From a bacterium (GTDB taxonomy: Bacteria > Patescibacteriota > Minisyncoccia > Moranbacterales > UBA2206), in NCBI GenBank assembly GCA_021785125.1, contig JAJYGF010000019.1, positions 1-43,326 of the forward strand: a stretch of DNA of 43,326 bases. The letters run 5' to 3'. This document shows, one piece after another, positions 1 through 8,545 of this stretch. The notes beneath the pieces were generated by a model. The model was not told the DNA's origin. It made no database searches and worked only from the letters and a program-made list of their open reading frames with translations. How positions within the stretch are numbered: the first letter of the stretch is position 1; each line of letters begins with the position of its first letter. The translations under genes and the position numbers were made by a program.

Positions 1-450
1 AACTGCAAATGTCGGGGGATAAATTTCACCGGCCACATTGCCCGGGTTGAGCATTTTGCAACTGCCGACCATTTCTTCCCATGGTTTGTGGGTGTGGCCA
101 TAAAAGATAAAATCATATTTTCCAGTTTCGCACAGTTTTTTGGCCTTGTCCGGAAAATGCACAAATGATATTTTTTTATTTTCAATCTCTGTCTCGCCAA
201 ATTTCTGGTAGATTTTTGTATTCTTGTAATTTTCAACATGCTCGAAATTGCGCAATTGATCGTTGTCCATATTTCCGAAAGTGTAATGGATCGTGCCGGA
301 AAAATTATCATTGGCGAAATCCAAAGTTTCCTGCGAGGCCAGGTCCCCACAGCAAATGATCGTTTTGATATTTCCACGCTCACAATAATCCAAAACCTTT
401 TTCAAGTTTGTTTCATTATTGTGAACGTCGGAGATGATAGCAACCCGCAT
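1..450 (-). CDS. Metallophosphoesterase, YfcE/MJ0936 family (3' end runs off the window)
   Basis: Not in the ORF track. Manual translation from ATG at 450 gives MRVAIISDVHNN..CCGDL..FGNMD..FVHFP..YGHTH..LNPG, the calcineurin-like DxH/GD/GN/H/GHTH motifs. Confidence 0.9.
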   Translation of the reverse strand, partial: MRVAIISDVHNNETNLKKVLDYCERGNIKTIICCGDLASQETLDFANDNFSGTIHYTFGNMDNDQLRNFEHVENYKNTKIYQKFGETEIENKKISFVHFPDKAKKLCETGKYDFIFYGHTHKPWEEMVGSCKMLNPGNVAGEIYPPTFAV

Positions 451-451
451 A

Positions 452-1279
452 TTATTTTTCGTCCCTTGATTCTTTCAAAAGCTTGATGTCTTCTTCGACC
501 TTGTCATGTTCGGTTTCTAGGATCATATCGATATCATTTTCTTTGGCGAATTTTACCAAGTTTTTGAATGAATCGATTCCGATCTGGCCTTTGCCGATGT
601 GCTCGTGGCGGTCTTTGTGAGAATCGAATTCGGTCTGGCTGTCATTCACGTGGAAAAGCTTGATCTTGTCCAAGCCGATCTCTTTGTCGATCTTCTTCAA
701 AGTTTTTTCAAAATCACGCCAATCATATCCGGAGGCAAAAGAGTGCTGGGTGTCGACACACACACCGATCAAGGTCGGGTGGTTCACGCCTTTAAAAATT
801 TCAGCAATTTCGGAAAATGTGTCGCCAAGGATGTCTCCGGCACCGGCACTGTTTTCGATTAACAGTTGCGTTGTTCCGGCATAACCTTCCAGAGTTTTTT
901 TGAGCATATGGATCGTTTTTTCAATGGATTCTTTCCGGCCCAATTCTTTGGCGCTTCCCAGGTGGGTCATGACATATTTCGCGCCGAGCAGGCTGCCGCG
1001 CTCCAATTCCTCGCGCACGGATTTGGAAGAGCCATAGCGGATGCGATTGTTGGCAGACGGGAAATTTATATAATATGGCGCGTGGATGACGAAATCTTCC
1101 AACTTATGTTTTTTCATTTCGGATTTGAATTCTTTGATGATTTCCGGTGTCAGTTCTGTCGCCTTTCCACCTTGGGGGGATTTGGTAAAGATCTGGAAGC
1201 ATTCCGCGCCCAAATCAGCGGCTCTTTTGGGAGCGTTGAAGATTCCTTGAGCTATGCTTACATGGCATCCAATATTCAT
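452..1279 (-). CDS. nfo: Deoxyribonuclease IV (AP endonuclease family 2)
   Basis: IGCHVS, HAPYYIN, ENSAG, DTQH, HVNDS, DRHEHIG and ILET motifs. Start placed at MNIGCHVS. Confidence 0.95.
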   Translation of the reverse strand: MNIGCHVSIAQGIFNAPKRAADLGAECFQIFTKSPQGGKATELTPEIIKEFKSEMKKHKLEDFVIHAPYYINFPSANNRIRYGSSKSVREELERGSLLGAKYVMTHLGSAKELGRKESIEKTIHMLKKTLEGYAGTTQLLIENSAGAGDILGDTFSEIAEIFKGVNHPTLIGVCVDTQHSFASGYDWRDFEKTLKKIDKEIGLDKIKLFHVNDSQTEFDSHKDRHEHIGKGQIGIDSFKNLVKFAKENDIDMILETEHDKVEEDIKLLKESRDEK

Positions 1280-1371
1280 AAATATTACTTTATTGCTATA
1301 TACTACCATTTTAACATATATTTGCTTAACCAACTTTCTTTGTTGCCAAAGAAAGCGGCGCATAGTAATGC

Positions 1372-1443
1372 TTTACAAGCGGCTCAAAAGATGCTATAAT
1401 GGATATAATCAATAATAAAGACGGGTGAAAACACCGTCTTTTT
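1372..1443 (+). promoter_or_regulatory. Sigma70-type promoter plus conserved leader hairpin (copy 1)
   Basis: TTTACA-17-TATAAT (1372-1400), then ATAAAGACGGGTGAAAACACCGTCTTTTT (1415-1443). A near-identical unit occurs at 28569-28637. Confidence 0.75.
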
Positions 1444-1454
1444 ATTTATTCTTT

Positions 1455-1970
1455 ATGGCAACATTTGAAAAAAATTTTACTCCCCCAGTGCCGGGAACGA
1501 CCAGACATAAGGAGGCGAATAAGGAAAAAATGATCAAACTGGGAGCTGCCGCCGCGGCTGCAGGAGTCCTTCTGTCCGGCGCGCATGCCGCGTACGAAAA
1601 TGGTCTGTTTTTGGATCCTGGGATGCCCGGGGCTGAAAATGATATCAGGCAAGAAATCAAGGATCACAAAGGGGAATTCGGCAATCTCATCCGTATTGGC
1701 GGAGAAAAGGTCGATGAAGATGCGGCCATTGAATTAAAAACAGACACAGCAATCGGACTAAAAGGCGCCGGCATAGATGGGGTTGAGAAAATCGATGTCC
1801 TTCTGGAGCAATCGACGGAAGATTTGGCGCGGGTTCAAGTCGTAGTGTATTTAAAGGATAAAAGAACTTTTATGGCTGAAGGAATCAGCACAATCGCGCG
1901 AGATGGTGTGACTGCGGCTCGCAAATATGCCATCTGGAACGGACTTGGGCAAATCAAGGAAAAAATTTAA
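1455..1970 (+). CDS. Hypothetical protein with one hydrophobic segment
   Basis: ORF from ATG 1455 (MATFEK...), with LGAAAAAAGVLLSGA segment, its own promoter and a downstream terminator. Confidence 0.75.
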   Translation: MATFEKNFTPPVPGTTRHKEANKEKMIKLGAAAAAAGVLLSGAHAAYENGLFLDPGMPGAENDIRQEIKDHKGEFGNLIRIGGEKVDEDAAIELKTDTAIGLKGAGIDGVEKIDVLLEQSTEDLARVQVVVYLKDKRTFMAEGISTIARDGVTAARKYAIWNGLGQIKEKI

Positions 1971-1994
1971 ATCGCTTCGGTAAGAAGCGATTTT
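1969..1994. terminator. Bidirectional intrinsic terminator
   Basis: AAATCGCTTC-GGTAA-GAAGCGATTTT between convergent genes. Confidence 0.75.
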
Positions 1995-1995
1995 C

Positions 1996-2958
1996 TTATA
2001 CTATTTCCCAACCGTTTTCTGTCTCCTTGATCTTACCCTTGATCTCAAACCCGCTGGCCAGCTTGTGGCCGCCGCCGCCGAACTGGGCGGCGATTTTTGA
2101 TACGTCCACACCTTTGTATTCCTCGCTCCGCAAACTGCCCTTGATGATGTCTCCGTCACGTTCGCTCAAGACCAGGGCGAATTTCGTGCCCGGGACGGTA
2201 TTCAAGATGCCGGAAACTTGCGCGATATCTTCGCTGCCGGCGTGGCATTCTTCAAGGTCTTGTTTGGTCAGCACCGAAACAATCATTCCGTTATCCGAAT
2301 TGATTTTGGCTTTTTCAAAAGCTTTGCCCCAAAGTTTCAAAGTCGAGATGCTTTTGTTGGAAAAAGTCGTTTCCACGATTTTTGGAAGCGGCGCGCCTTT
2401 TTTCATAAGTTCGGAAGAAATTTCCAAGACGCGCGGCGTCGTGTTGGAATGCTGGAACGATCCGGTGTCGCCCAAGATGCCCAGCATGATGAAAGTCGCC
2501 ATCTTGCGGTTGATCGGAATCTTGTTGAAAGTGAAAAAATCATACATGATCTCGCAGACGGAGGAATATTTCGGGTCGATGACATTTATGTCTCCCTGGA
2601 TAGTGATGTCAGGATGATGGTCAAGAAGAGCGACGACTTGATTTTCATGGATGCGATCCTCGATCTTTTGGAAACCGCGTTCAACGCTGTCCGCCGCAAT
2701 GATGAGATTGTATTTTGAAATATCCAATGTGTTCGGATTGATGAAATTTTCTTCGCTCAAATTTTTTAAGAATTCCGGAAACAGATCATAGCAGGCAATG
2801 TCGGCATTTTTTCCCAGGGTTTTGAGGTATTCCTTGAGTGCCAAAACGGAACCGGCCGTGTCGCCGTCCGGACGCGAGTGGGCGAATAAAAGAATATTTT
2901 CAGATTCTTTTATTACGAAATTCAGAGTATTGAATTCTTGAGAAAATTTATGTTTCAT
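1996..2958 (-). CDS. nrnA: DHH-family bifunctional oligoribonuclease/pAp phosphatase NrnA
   Basis: HSRPDGD, LDHH, GDTGSF, SLRS and GGGGH (DHHA1) motifs. Sits downstream of rbfA. Confidence 0.9.
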   Translation of the reverse strand: MKHKFSQEFNTLNFVIKESENILLFAHSRPDGDTAGSVLALKEYLKTLGKNADIACYDLFPEFLKNLSEENFINPNTLDISKYNLIIAADSVERGFQKIEDRIHENQVVALLDHHPDITIQGDINVIDPKYSSVCEIMYDFFTFNKIPINRKMATFIMLGILGDTGSFQHSNTTPRVLEISSELMKKGAPLPKIVETTFSNKSISTLKLWGKAFEKAKINSDNGMIVSVLTKQDLEECHAGSEDIAQVSGILNTVPGTKFALVLSERDGDIIKGSLRSEEYKGVDVSKIAAQFGGGGHKLASGFEIKGKIKETENGWEIV

Positions 2959-2962
2959 GGCG

Positions 2963-3006
2963 ACCTAAAACGAAGTTTTAGGAATTCCTAAAAATTCGTT
3001 TTAGGT
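2963..3006. repeat. REP-like double palindrome, family A (CCTAAAAC-GAA-GTTTTAGG inverted pair)
   Basis: ACCTAAAACGAAGTTTTAGGAATTCCTAAAAATTCGTTTTAGGT. Related copies at 9728-9776 and 41983-42005. Confidence 0.85.
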
Positions 3007-3043
3007 TTCCTGATACTAGAAAATGCGACTTGCGCCGCACTCC

Positions 3044-3382
3044 TTATAACTTTTTTGTTTGTTCGATCAATTTTTCGATTTCGTCAGCTTTCGATTCAGT
3101 CATGTCGGTCTTGAACTTGATCCTGGGAAGCGGCCGCATGCTAAGTTTTCTGTTGAGGGCGCCTTGGATCCGATACATCTCTTTTTGCAAGGTTTTTTCG
3201 ACATAATTGATTTCCTTTTCCGGAAATATGCTGATGAATACACGAGTATAGCGGAGATCGGAAGTGGTGTCAACTTTTGAAATTGTCACGAAAATTCCGG
3301 GCTTAAGGCCCAGTTCTTGCGATATAATTTCTCCGACATGTTGCTGAACCAGAGAGTTTATTTTTTGGATTCTTTCGGACAT
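3044..3382 (-). CDS. rbfA: Ribosome-binding factor A
   Basis: MSERIQKINSL..VTISKVDTTSDLRYTRVFIS..MRPLPRIKF. Directly follows infB. Confidence 0.93.
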   Translation of the reverse strand: MSERIQKINSLVQQHVGEIISQELGLKPGIFVTISKVDTTSDLRYTRVFISIFPEKEINYVEKTLQKEMYRIQGALNRKLSMRPLPRIKFKTDMTESKADEIEKLIEQTKKL

Positions 3383-3383
3383 G

Positions 3384-5168
3384 TTAAAGGGTTTTTTTCT
3401 TAACTTCCTCCGTATAACAAGCAAGAGTGTCGCCTTCTTTTATTTTTGTCTCGCCATCGAAAGTGATGCCGCATTCGTTGTTTTGGATTACTTCGTCGAC
3501 ATCCACCTTGTTCTGTTGCAAGTTGGCGAGCCTGCCTTTGCCTATGGCATTGTTATTGCGAATGACATCAATCAAACATCCTTTGGTGATTTTGCCTGAG
3601 ACTACTTTTCCACCCACGATCATGTCTTTCTTGCCCGTCTTAAAGACAGCCAGGACGTTCATCTTGCCGAAATCGGTCCGTTCGATTGTTGGCGGAAGCA
3701 TTTCGACGAGCCGATTTTTTATATCCTCCACTAGCTCATAAATTATTCTGTAGTGTTTGATTTCGACGCCGCTGGTTTCAGCCAATCTTTTGGCTACCGG
3801 TGTGGTTTCGATATTGAAGCTGAAAATAATCGCTCCCGAGGTTTGAGCCAAACGGACGTCCGATTCGGTCACATTGCCGACGCCTCGGCTGATATAATTA
3901 ACGGCCACTTCATCCGACTTCATTTCTCCCAGAATCTGTTGGATCGCTTCCAGCGATCCCTGGACATCGGATTTCAAAATAATATTCAGTTTCTTTATTT
4001 TTCCGTCTTCTATGGTTTTGTATATTTTTTGCGCGTTTAGCGAATCGCCCAATTTTCCCGTCTGGGATTTGCTTGTGCCGCGCAACACTTCAAGTTTGGT
4101 CAGCGACTTTCCGGTAACCACTTGCAAAATATCATTTGTGTTCGGAGCCGCGTTCAATCCTATCAAACCGATCGGAGTCGAAGGTCCGGCTTCTGCCAAT
4201 CTTTTGCCGGTAAAATCTTCGATTCTTCTGACGCGTCCATGCGAAGCGCCGGCAATGATATCCTGGCCTTCTTTCAGCGTGCCGGTTTTGATCAAGACCG
4301 TGGCTACAGGGCCTTTTTGCGGATCCAAGTGTGATTCCAAAACGACGCCCAAAGCGTCTCTTTTGAAGTCCGCTTTGAAATCTTCCACTTCGGCTACCAA
4401 GAGGATATTTTCCAAAAGACCGTCAATGCCGACATTTTGTTTGGCGCTCACTTCGCTGACCAAAATCTGTCCGCCCCAGTCTTCGACCAAGATGTTGTTT
4501 TCCGCCAGTCCCTGCTTTACTCTCTGGACATTGGCCTCCGGCTTGTCGATCTTGTTGATGGCGACGATTGTTGGAATTTTCTTAGCCAAGAGATATTCGA
4601 TGACTTCTTTGGTTTGCGGGCGCACACCGTCGTCGGCGGCTACGACCAGTACGGCGATATCGGCGATAGAAACTCCGCGTTCGCGCATGGCGCTGAAGGC
4701 CTCATGTCCCGGAGTGTCGACAAAAGTGATCAATCGGCCCTTCTTCTTGGCCTGATAGGCGCTGATATGCTGGGTGATTCCGCCCGATTCTTTGGCAGCC
4801 ACGCTGGCCTTTCTGATTGTGTCGAGAAGAGTCGTTTTTCCGTGATCGACATGGCCGAGAATGGTAACGATCGGCGGCCTGGACTGGAGGCCGGTATCGG
4901 ATTCCTTTTCTTTCTTCAAGATATCGATCAATTTTTCCAAAGTCATCGTTTCGCCGGTTTCAACCGCTTCTTCCCGCACTTCATAGCCCAGATCTTGAGC
5001 GATGATCGAGGCTGTTTCAAAATCGATCTGCTCGTTAATGGTCGCCAAAATGCCGTTTTTCATGAGCTCCGCTATGACAGTGCCCAATGGCAAGCCCAAA
5101 ATTTCACCGAATCTTTTGACTGTGACGGTGGCCGGAAGATTTATTTTTTTGATTCTGATTTCCGCCAT
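3384..5168 (-). CDS. infB: Translation initiation factor IF-2 (short N-terminus)
   Basis: RPPIVTILGHVDHGKTTLLD, DTPGHEAF, NKID, KSDVQGS and ECGI motifs. Confidence 0.98.
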   Translation of the reverse strand: MAEIRIKKINLPATVTVKRFGEILGLPLGTVIAELMKNGILATINEQIDFETASIIAQDLGYEVREEAVETGETMTLEKLIDILKKEKESDTGLQSRPPIVTILGHVDHGKTTLLDTIRKASVAAKESGGITQHISAYQAKKKGRLITFVDTPGHEAFSAMRERGVSIADIAVLVVAADDGVRPQTKEVIEYLLAKKIPTIVAINKIDKPEANVQRVKQGLAENNILVEDWGGQILVSEVSAKQNVGIDGLLENILLVAEVEDFKADFKRDALGVVLESHLDPQKGPVATVLIKTGTLKEGQDIIAGASHGRVRRIEDFTGKRLAEAGPSTPIGLIGLNAAPNTNDILQVVTGKSLTKLEVLRGTSKSQTGKLGDSLNAQKIYKTIEDGKIKKLNIILKSDVQGSLEAIQQILGEMKSDEVAVNYISRGVGNVTESDVRLAQTSGAIIFSFNIETTPVAKRLAETSGVEIKHYRIIYELVEDIKNRLVEMLPPTIERTDFGKMNVLAVFKTGKKDMIVGGKVVSGKITKGCLIDVIRNNNAIGKGRLANLQQNKVDVDEVIQNNECGITFDGETKIKEGDTLACYTEEVKKKTL

Positions 5169-5687
5169 TTAGTTTAATTTTTTAGTATCGTTTAGCTTGG
5201 CCAGTTTCACGGCCTCCTCTTCTTCTTCAGTCAAGGGATGCTTTTCGCTTTTGCCGCCTTGGATGGCTTTGGAATAAACACGGGTGCCATCGCGAGTGTA
5301 TAAGGAGGAAACGACCAGACCGTTATTTTTGCCGTTCAGCATGGCGATGGAAAAACTTTGGTCGCCGCCCACATCATTGAAAGGATTGAACCTGACCATG
5401 GCGAACTTATGCAGGCCGCGATGAGCCAGAACATTGATCTGATTGGAAATGTTGTAAAGTTCCTGGATATCTTTGTCGAGAGCCTTGATGCTGTGCGAAT
5501 GTCCGACGAGGACGTCTTCCATGTTTTTTACACCGTTGCCGGCAAAAAATTCCGCGTTTTTCTGCTGGATTTTTCTTATCTTGATCTGAAGAGCGGTGTT
5601 CCACGCAAGAATGACGATAAACAGGCCCAATGCGATTAGGATAAATGTTCCCTGGTGTGATTTTGCGATTTGGTATATGAAATCCAT
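5169..5687 (-). CDS. DUF4446-like membrane-anchored protein
   Basis: N-terminal TM segment, coiled coil, then VRFNPFNDVGGDQSFSIA..R.YSKAI..G.S...LT.EEEEA, recognised as the DUF4446 pattern. Confidence 0.8.
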   Translation of the reverse strand: MDFIYQIAKSHQGTFILIALGLFIVILAWNTALQIKIRKIQQKNAEFFAGNGVKNMEDVLVGHSHSIKALDKDIQELYNISNQINVLAHRGLHKFAMVRFNPFNDVGGDQSFSIAMLNGKNNGLVVSSLYTRDGTRVYSKAIQGGKSEKHPLTEEEEEAVKLAKLNDTKKLN

Positions 5688-5747
5688 AAGCGCGTCGTGT
5701 TTATCTTAGGCTAGCATCTATGGCGGCTCATGTAAAGGTTAATTATG

Positions 5748-5982
5748 CGGAGGATACAAGATTTTCACCCTGACACCAATTTTGCGGAAGAGGTGGGATT
5801 TGAACCCACGAAGACATTGCTGCCTTACGGCTTTTCGAGAGCCGCGCCTTCAACCACTCGGCCACTCTTCCAAGGCTATTGAATTATCTGTTGAAATCCG
5901 GTGCTGGGGCGGACCTGTGAGGGAATTTTTCTCCCCAACCGCATTTCGAGTGCGGCGCGTTGGGCCACTCTGCCAATCCTCC
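5748..5982 (-). tRNA. Outer, interrupted tRNA-Ser(CGA): 5' part 5982-5911, 3' part 5764-5748, 146-bp insert in the T-loop
   Basis: Acceptor GGAGGAT/ATCCTCC-G. Anticodon arm CCGCA-CTCGAAA-TGCGG. Long variable arm GGGGA/TTCCC. T-stem ACAGG/CTTGT split by the insert. Joined length 89 nt. May be a pseudogene or may be spliced. Confidence 0.75.
5785..5871 (-). tRNA. tRNA-Ser(CGA), intact, nested inside the outer tRNA's insert
   Basis: GGAAGAGTGGCCGAGTGGTTGAAGGCGCGGCT-CTCGAAA-AGCCG, long variable arm, GTGGGTTCAAATCCCACCTCTTCCG. No encoded CCA. Confidence 0.95.
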
Positions 5983-5993
5983 GTCATTTATAT

Positions 5994-6022
5994 AATCTAA
6001 CTTAATTCTGCCAGGTTATCAA
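5994..6022 (-). promoter_or_regulatory. Promoter for the nested tRNA-Ser locus
   Basis: Minus strand TTGATA-17-TAGATT, about 11 nt upstream of the outer tRNA 5' end. Overlaps a one-mismatch DnaA-box-like TTATCAACA. Confidence 0.55.
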
Positions 6023-6093
6023 CAGTTGCGTCAAATTGTGACTTTGAATTTTTTGTAGTAAAATAAATTTAAAAGAAATAGCTTTCGGTTAAA

Positions 6094-7527
6094 ATGAAGG
6101 CCAAAATAAAAATCATAAAAAACAAAAAAACGATCGCCGCCTTTTTTTTGATGGCCGGCATCTTGGTTGTGTCCGGCTGCGGACTCAAACAGCCCAATCC
6201 GAAGCGATACACCATAAATCTTGAAGTTTGGGGGCTTTTTGATGATCAGGACGCTTTCAACAAAATCATCGATACGTACAAAAAATTGGATCCCAATATC
6301 GGGGATATCACATACAAAAAGATGTCGCCGGACACATATAAGCAAGATTTGCTGGACGCTCTGGCCAGCGGAAACGGTCCGGATATATTTTTGATCCAGA
6401 ATCATTGGCTGCCGGGCTTCCAAGACAAGATTTCGCCTGCTCCGCCTTTATATCTCAACGAACAGACATACCGCAATGAGTTTGTGGATGTGGCGGCGCA
6501 AGATTTTATAAGCCAAGGCCAGGTTTATGCCGTTCCGCTTACCGTCAATTCTTTGGCTCTCTACTATAATAAAGATCTTTTCAACGCGGCCGGCATAACG
6601 GGCCCGCCGGCAAATTGGGACGAATTTGTGTCAGACGCGAAAAAGCTGACGGTTATCGGCGGCGATGGGCAGATTGCGCAATCCGGCGCGGCCTTGGGCA
6701 CCACCGCCAATATCAACCGTCCGACGGACATACTCAATCTTTTGATGCTACAAGGCGGCACACAGATGACGGATCCGACGACGGGACGAGCCACTTTTGA
6801 TCAGGTTACCAAGCTAAGTGATGGCAGTAGCTCCGCTCCGGGTCAGAACGCGCTGAATTTCTACACCCAATTCGCCAATCGCAATTCCTCTTTCTATTCC
6901 TGGAATCCAAGCATGCATTATTCGATCGACGCTTTTGCCGAGGGTAATTTGGCCATGATGTTCAACTATTCCTGGCAGGAGCCGGTGATTGAAAGCAAGG
7001 CGCCGAAACTTAATTATGGCGTGGCGCCGGTGCCGCAGTTTGCCGGTTCGGCTCCGGTCAACTTTCCGAATTATTGGGCGTTCGCCGTGGCCAAGAACAA
7101 GACTCCGGATACGCACCAGATGAATCCGTCCCAAGCGGCCATAGTCACCAACGATGTGCGCGTGGCCGAAGCTTGGCGGTTCCTGACATATCTGACGACA
7201 AAGCCGCAGCAAAACCAGACCGTTTCGACCGGCGTGACGGGTTCCGGACAGACTGCGAATCTGAATTTTGATCCGGCGGCCGACTATCTCACAAAAACAA
7301 GCCAGCCGGCGGCCAGGAGGGATCTTATCGACCGGCAAAAGACCGATCCAAATTTGGGGGTTTTTGCGGAAGGCAATCTGATAGACAAAGATTGGACGCA
7401 ATCCGATCCGGACGCCATCGAGAATATTTTTATCAATATGATAAATCAGGTGGACAGCGGACAATCCGGCATCCAAGACGCGATCCAATCCGCGGCGGCG
7501 AGCGTCAGCCAGATTTCGATGCGCTAA
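6094..7527 (+). CDS. Extracellular solute-binding lipoprotein (SBP family 1, sugar-binding type)
   Basis: Lipobox LVVSGC; ALASGNGPDIF, YAVPLTVNSLALYYNKDLF, PPANWDEF and FAEGNLAM motifs. No permease or ATPase nearby. Confidence 0.9.
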   Translation: MKAKIKIIKNKKTIAAFFLMAGILVVSGCGLKQPNPKRYTINLEVWGLFDDQDAFNKIIDTYKKLDPNIGDITYKKMSPDTYKQDLLDALASGNGPDIFLIQNHWLPGFQDKISPAPPLYLNEQTYRNEFVDVAAQDFISQGQVYAVPLTVNSLALYYNKDLFNAAGITGPPANWDEFVSDAKKLTVIGGDGQIAQSGAALGTTANINRPTDILNLLMLQGGTQMTDPTTGRATFDQVTKLSDGSSSAPGQNALNFYTQFANRNSSFYSWNPSMHYSIDAFAEGNLAMMFNYSWQEPVIESKAPKLNYGVAPVPQFAGSAPVNFPNYWAFAVAKNKTPDTHQMNPSQAAIVTNDVRVAEAWRFLTYLTTKPQQNQTVSTGVTGSGQTANLNFDPAADYLTKTSQPAARRDLIDRQKTDPNLGVFAEGNLIDKDWTQSDPDAIENIFINMINQVDSGQSGIQDAIQSAAASVSQISMR

Positions 7528-7543
7528 AAAATAAAGGACAAAT

Positions 7544-7954
7544 ATGACAAATCGGACTAATAAAATATTGATGGTATTGCTACCTGTTTTTTTGGCGAGC
7601 TTTTCGATTGCCGATGCTTCCGGAATCGTGCCATGCGGAAATCCAGGACAAAGCGCATGCAACTTGTGCGATCTGATAATCGGATTCCATACTCTGGTCG
7701 GCTTTCTTTCCGGTTTGCTGGTGACGGTCGCTTTGGCCGGCATATTTTTTGCCGGAGTGATGTATATCGTTTCTTCCGGCGATGAAGGCATGATGACCAG
7801 CGCCAAAAATTTCGCCAAAGCCAGCGTGATCGGTTTCGCGTTCGTGATGGGCGCGTGGCTGATCGTGAATGTGACGATGTGGGCGCTGTCGGTCAGGCCG
7901 GATTTGGGAATTAAACAGACGAACTGGTATACGTTTGATTGTACGTCTAAATAA
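7544..7954 (+). CDS. TrbC/VirB2-like pilin (CPR type)
   Basis: Signal peptide, GIVPCG..CNLCDL head, TM-GVMYIVSSGDEG..AK..IGF-TM core. Confidence 0.8.
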   Translation: MTNRTNKILMVLLPVFLASFSIADASGIVPCGNPGQSACNLCDLIIGFHTLVGFLSGLLVTVALAGIFFAGVMYIVSSGDEGMMTSAKNFAKASVIGFAFVMGAWLIVNVTMWALSVRPDLGIKQTNWYTFDCTSK

Positions 7955-7972
7955 TTTTTCAAATATTTAAAA

Positions 7973-8545
7973 ATGAAGAAGACGGAAATATCTGTGATTC
8001 CTCAAGAATTGATCCGGCAGAAAATTTATTTTATACGCGGCGAGAAAGTTATGTTTGATCGAGATCTGGCGGCGCTTTATGGCGTGGAGACGGGGGCTTT
8101 AAATCAGGCAGTTAAGAGAAACAAAGATCGTTTTCCGTCTGATTTTATGTTTCAATTAAATAAGCAGGAATTTGGAATTTTGAAATTCCACTTTGGAATC
8201 TCAAAGGAAAGTTTGATATCACAAATTGTGATATCAAAAAGAGGAGGCACAAGAAAGCTTCCATATGTTTTCACGGAACAAGGCGTGGCAATGTTATCCA
8301 GCGTTTTAAACAGCAAGAGAGCCATCCAAGTCAACATTCAAATTATCCGCACATTCACGCAACTTCGAAAAATTTTGGCAACTCACAAGGAATTGCGGGA
8401 AAAGATCGAAGCAATTGAAAAAAAGATTCTTAAGGGAGAAAAGAAAAACGACAAATATTTCAAGGCTATTTTTAACACCTTGCGGTTATTAATGAAGGAA
8501 GAGAAAGAACCAAAAGGGAAAATAGGCTTTGCAGTCAATAAATAA
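7973..8545 (+). CDS. ORF6N/KilA-N-like DNA-binding domain protein
   Basis: IRGEKVMFDRDLAALYGVET..LNQAVKRNKDRFP.DFMFQL and PYVFTEQGVAMLSSVLNS.RAIQVNIQI.R.F. Confidence 0.9.
   Translation: MKKTEISVIPQELIRQKIYFIRGEKVMFDRDLAALYGVETGALNQAVKRNKDRFPSDFMFQLNKQEFGILKFHFGISKESLISQIVISKRGGTRKLPYVFTEQGVAMLSSVLNSKRAIQVNIQIIRTFTQLRKILATHKELREKIEAIEKKILKGEKKNDKYFKAIFNTLRLLMKEEKEPKGKIGFAVNK

Noticed and set aside
5765-5910. Group I/II intron or standard prophage att site as the explanation for the tRNA insert
   Set aside because: Only about 59 nt remain outside the inner tRNA, too little for a ribozyme core. The two tRNA 3' ends differ, so there is no att duplication, and no integrase is nearby.
5782-6000. 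72-aa ORF MRKRWDLNPRR...
   Set aside because: It is the antisense reading of the tRNA-Ser genes.
7973-8545. Prophage suggested by the ORF6N gene
   Set aside because: No other phage genes are present in the window.
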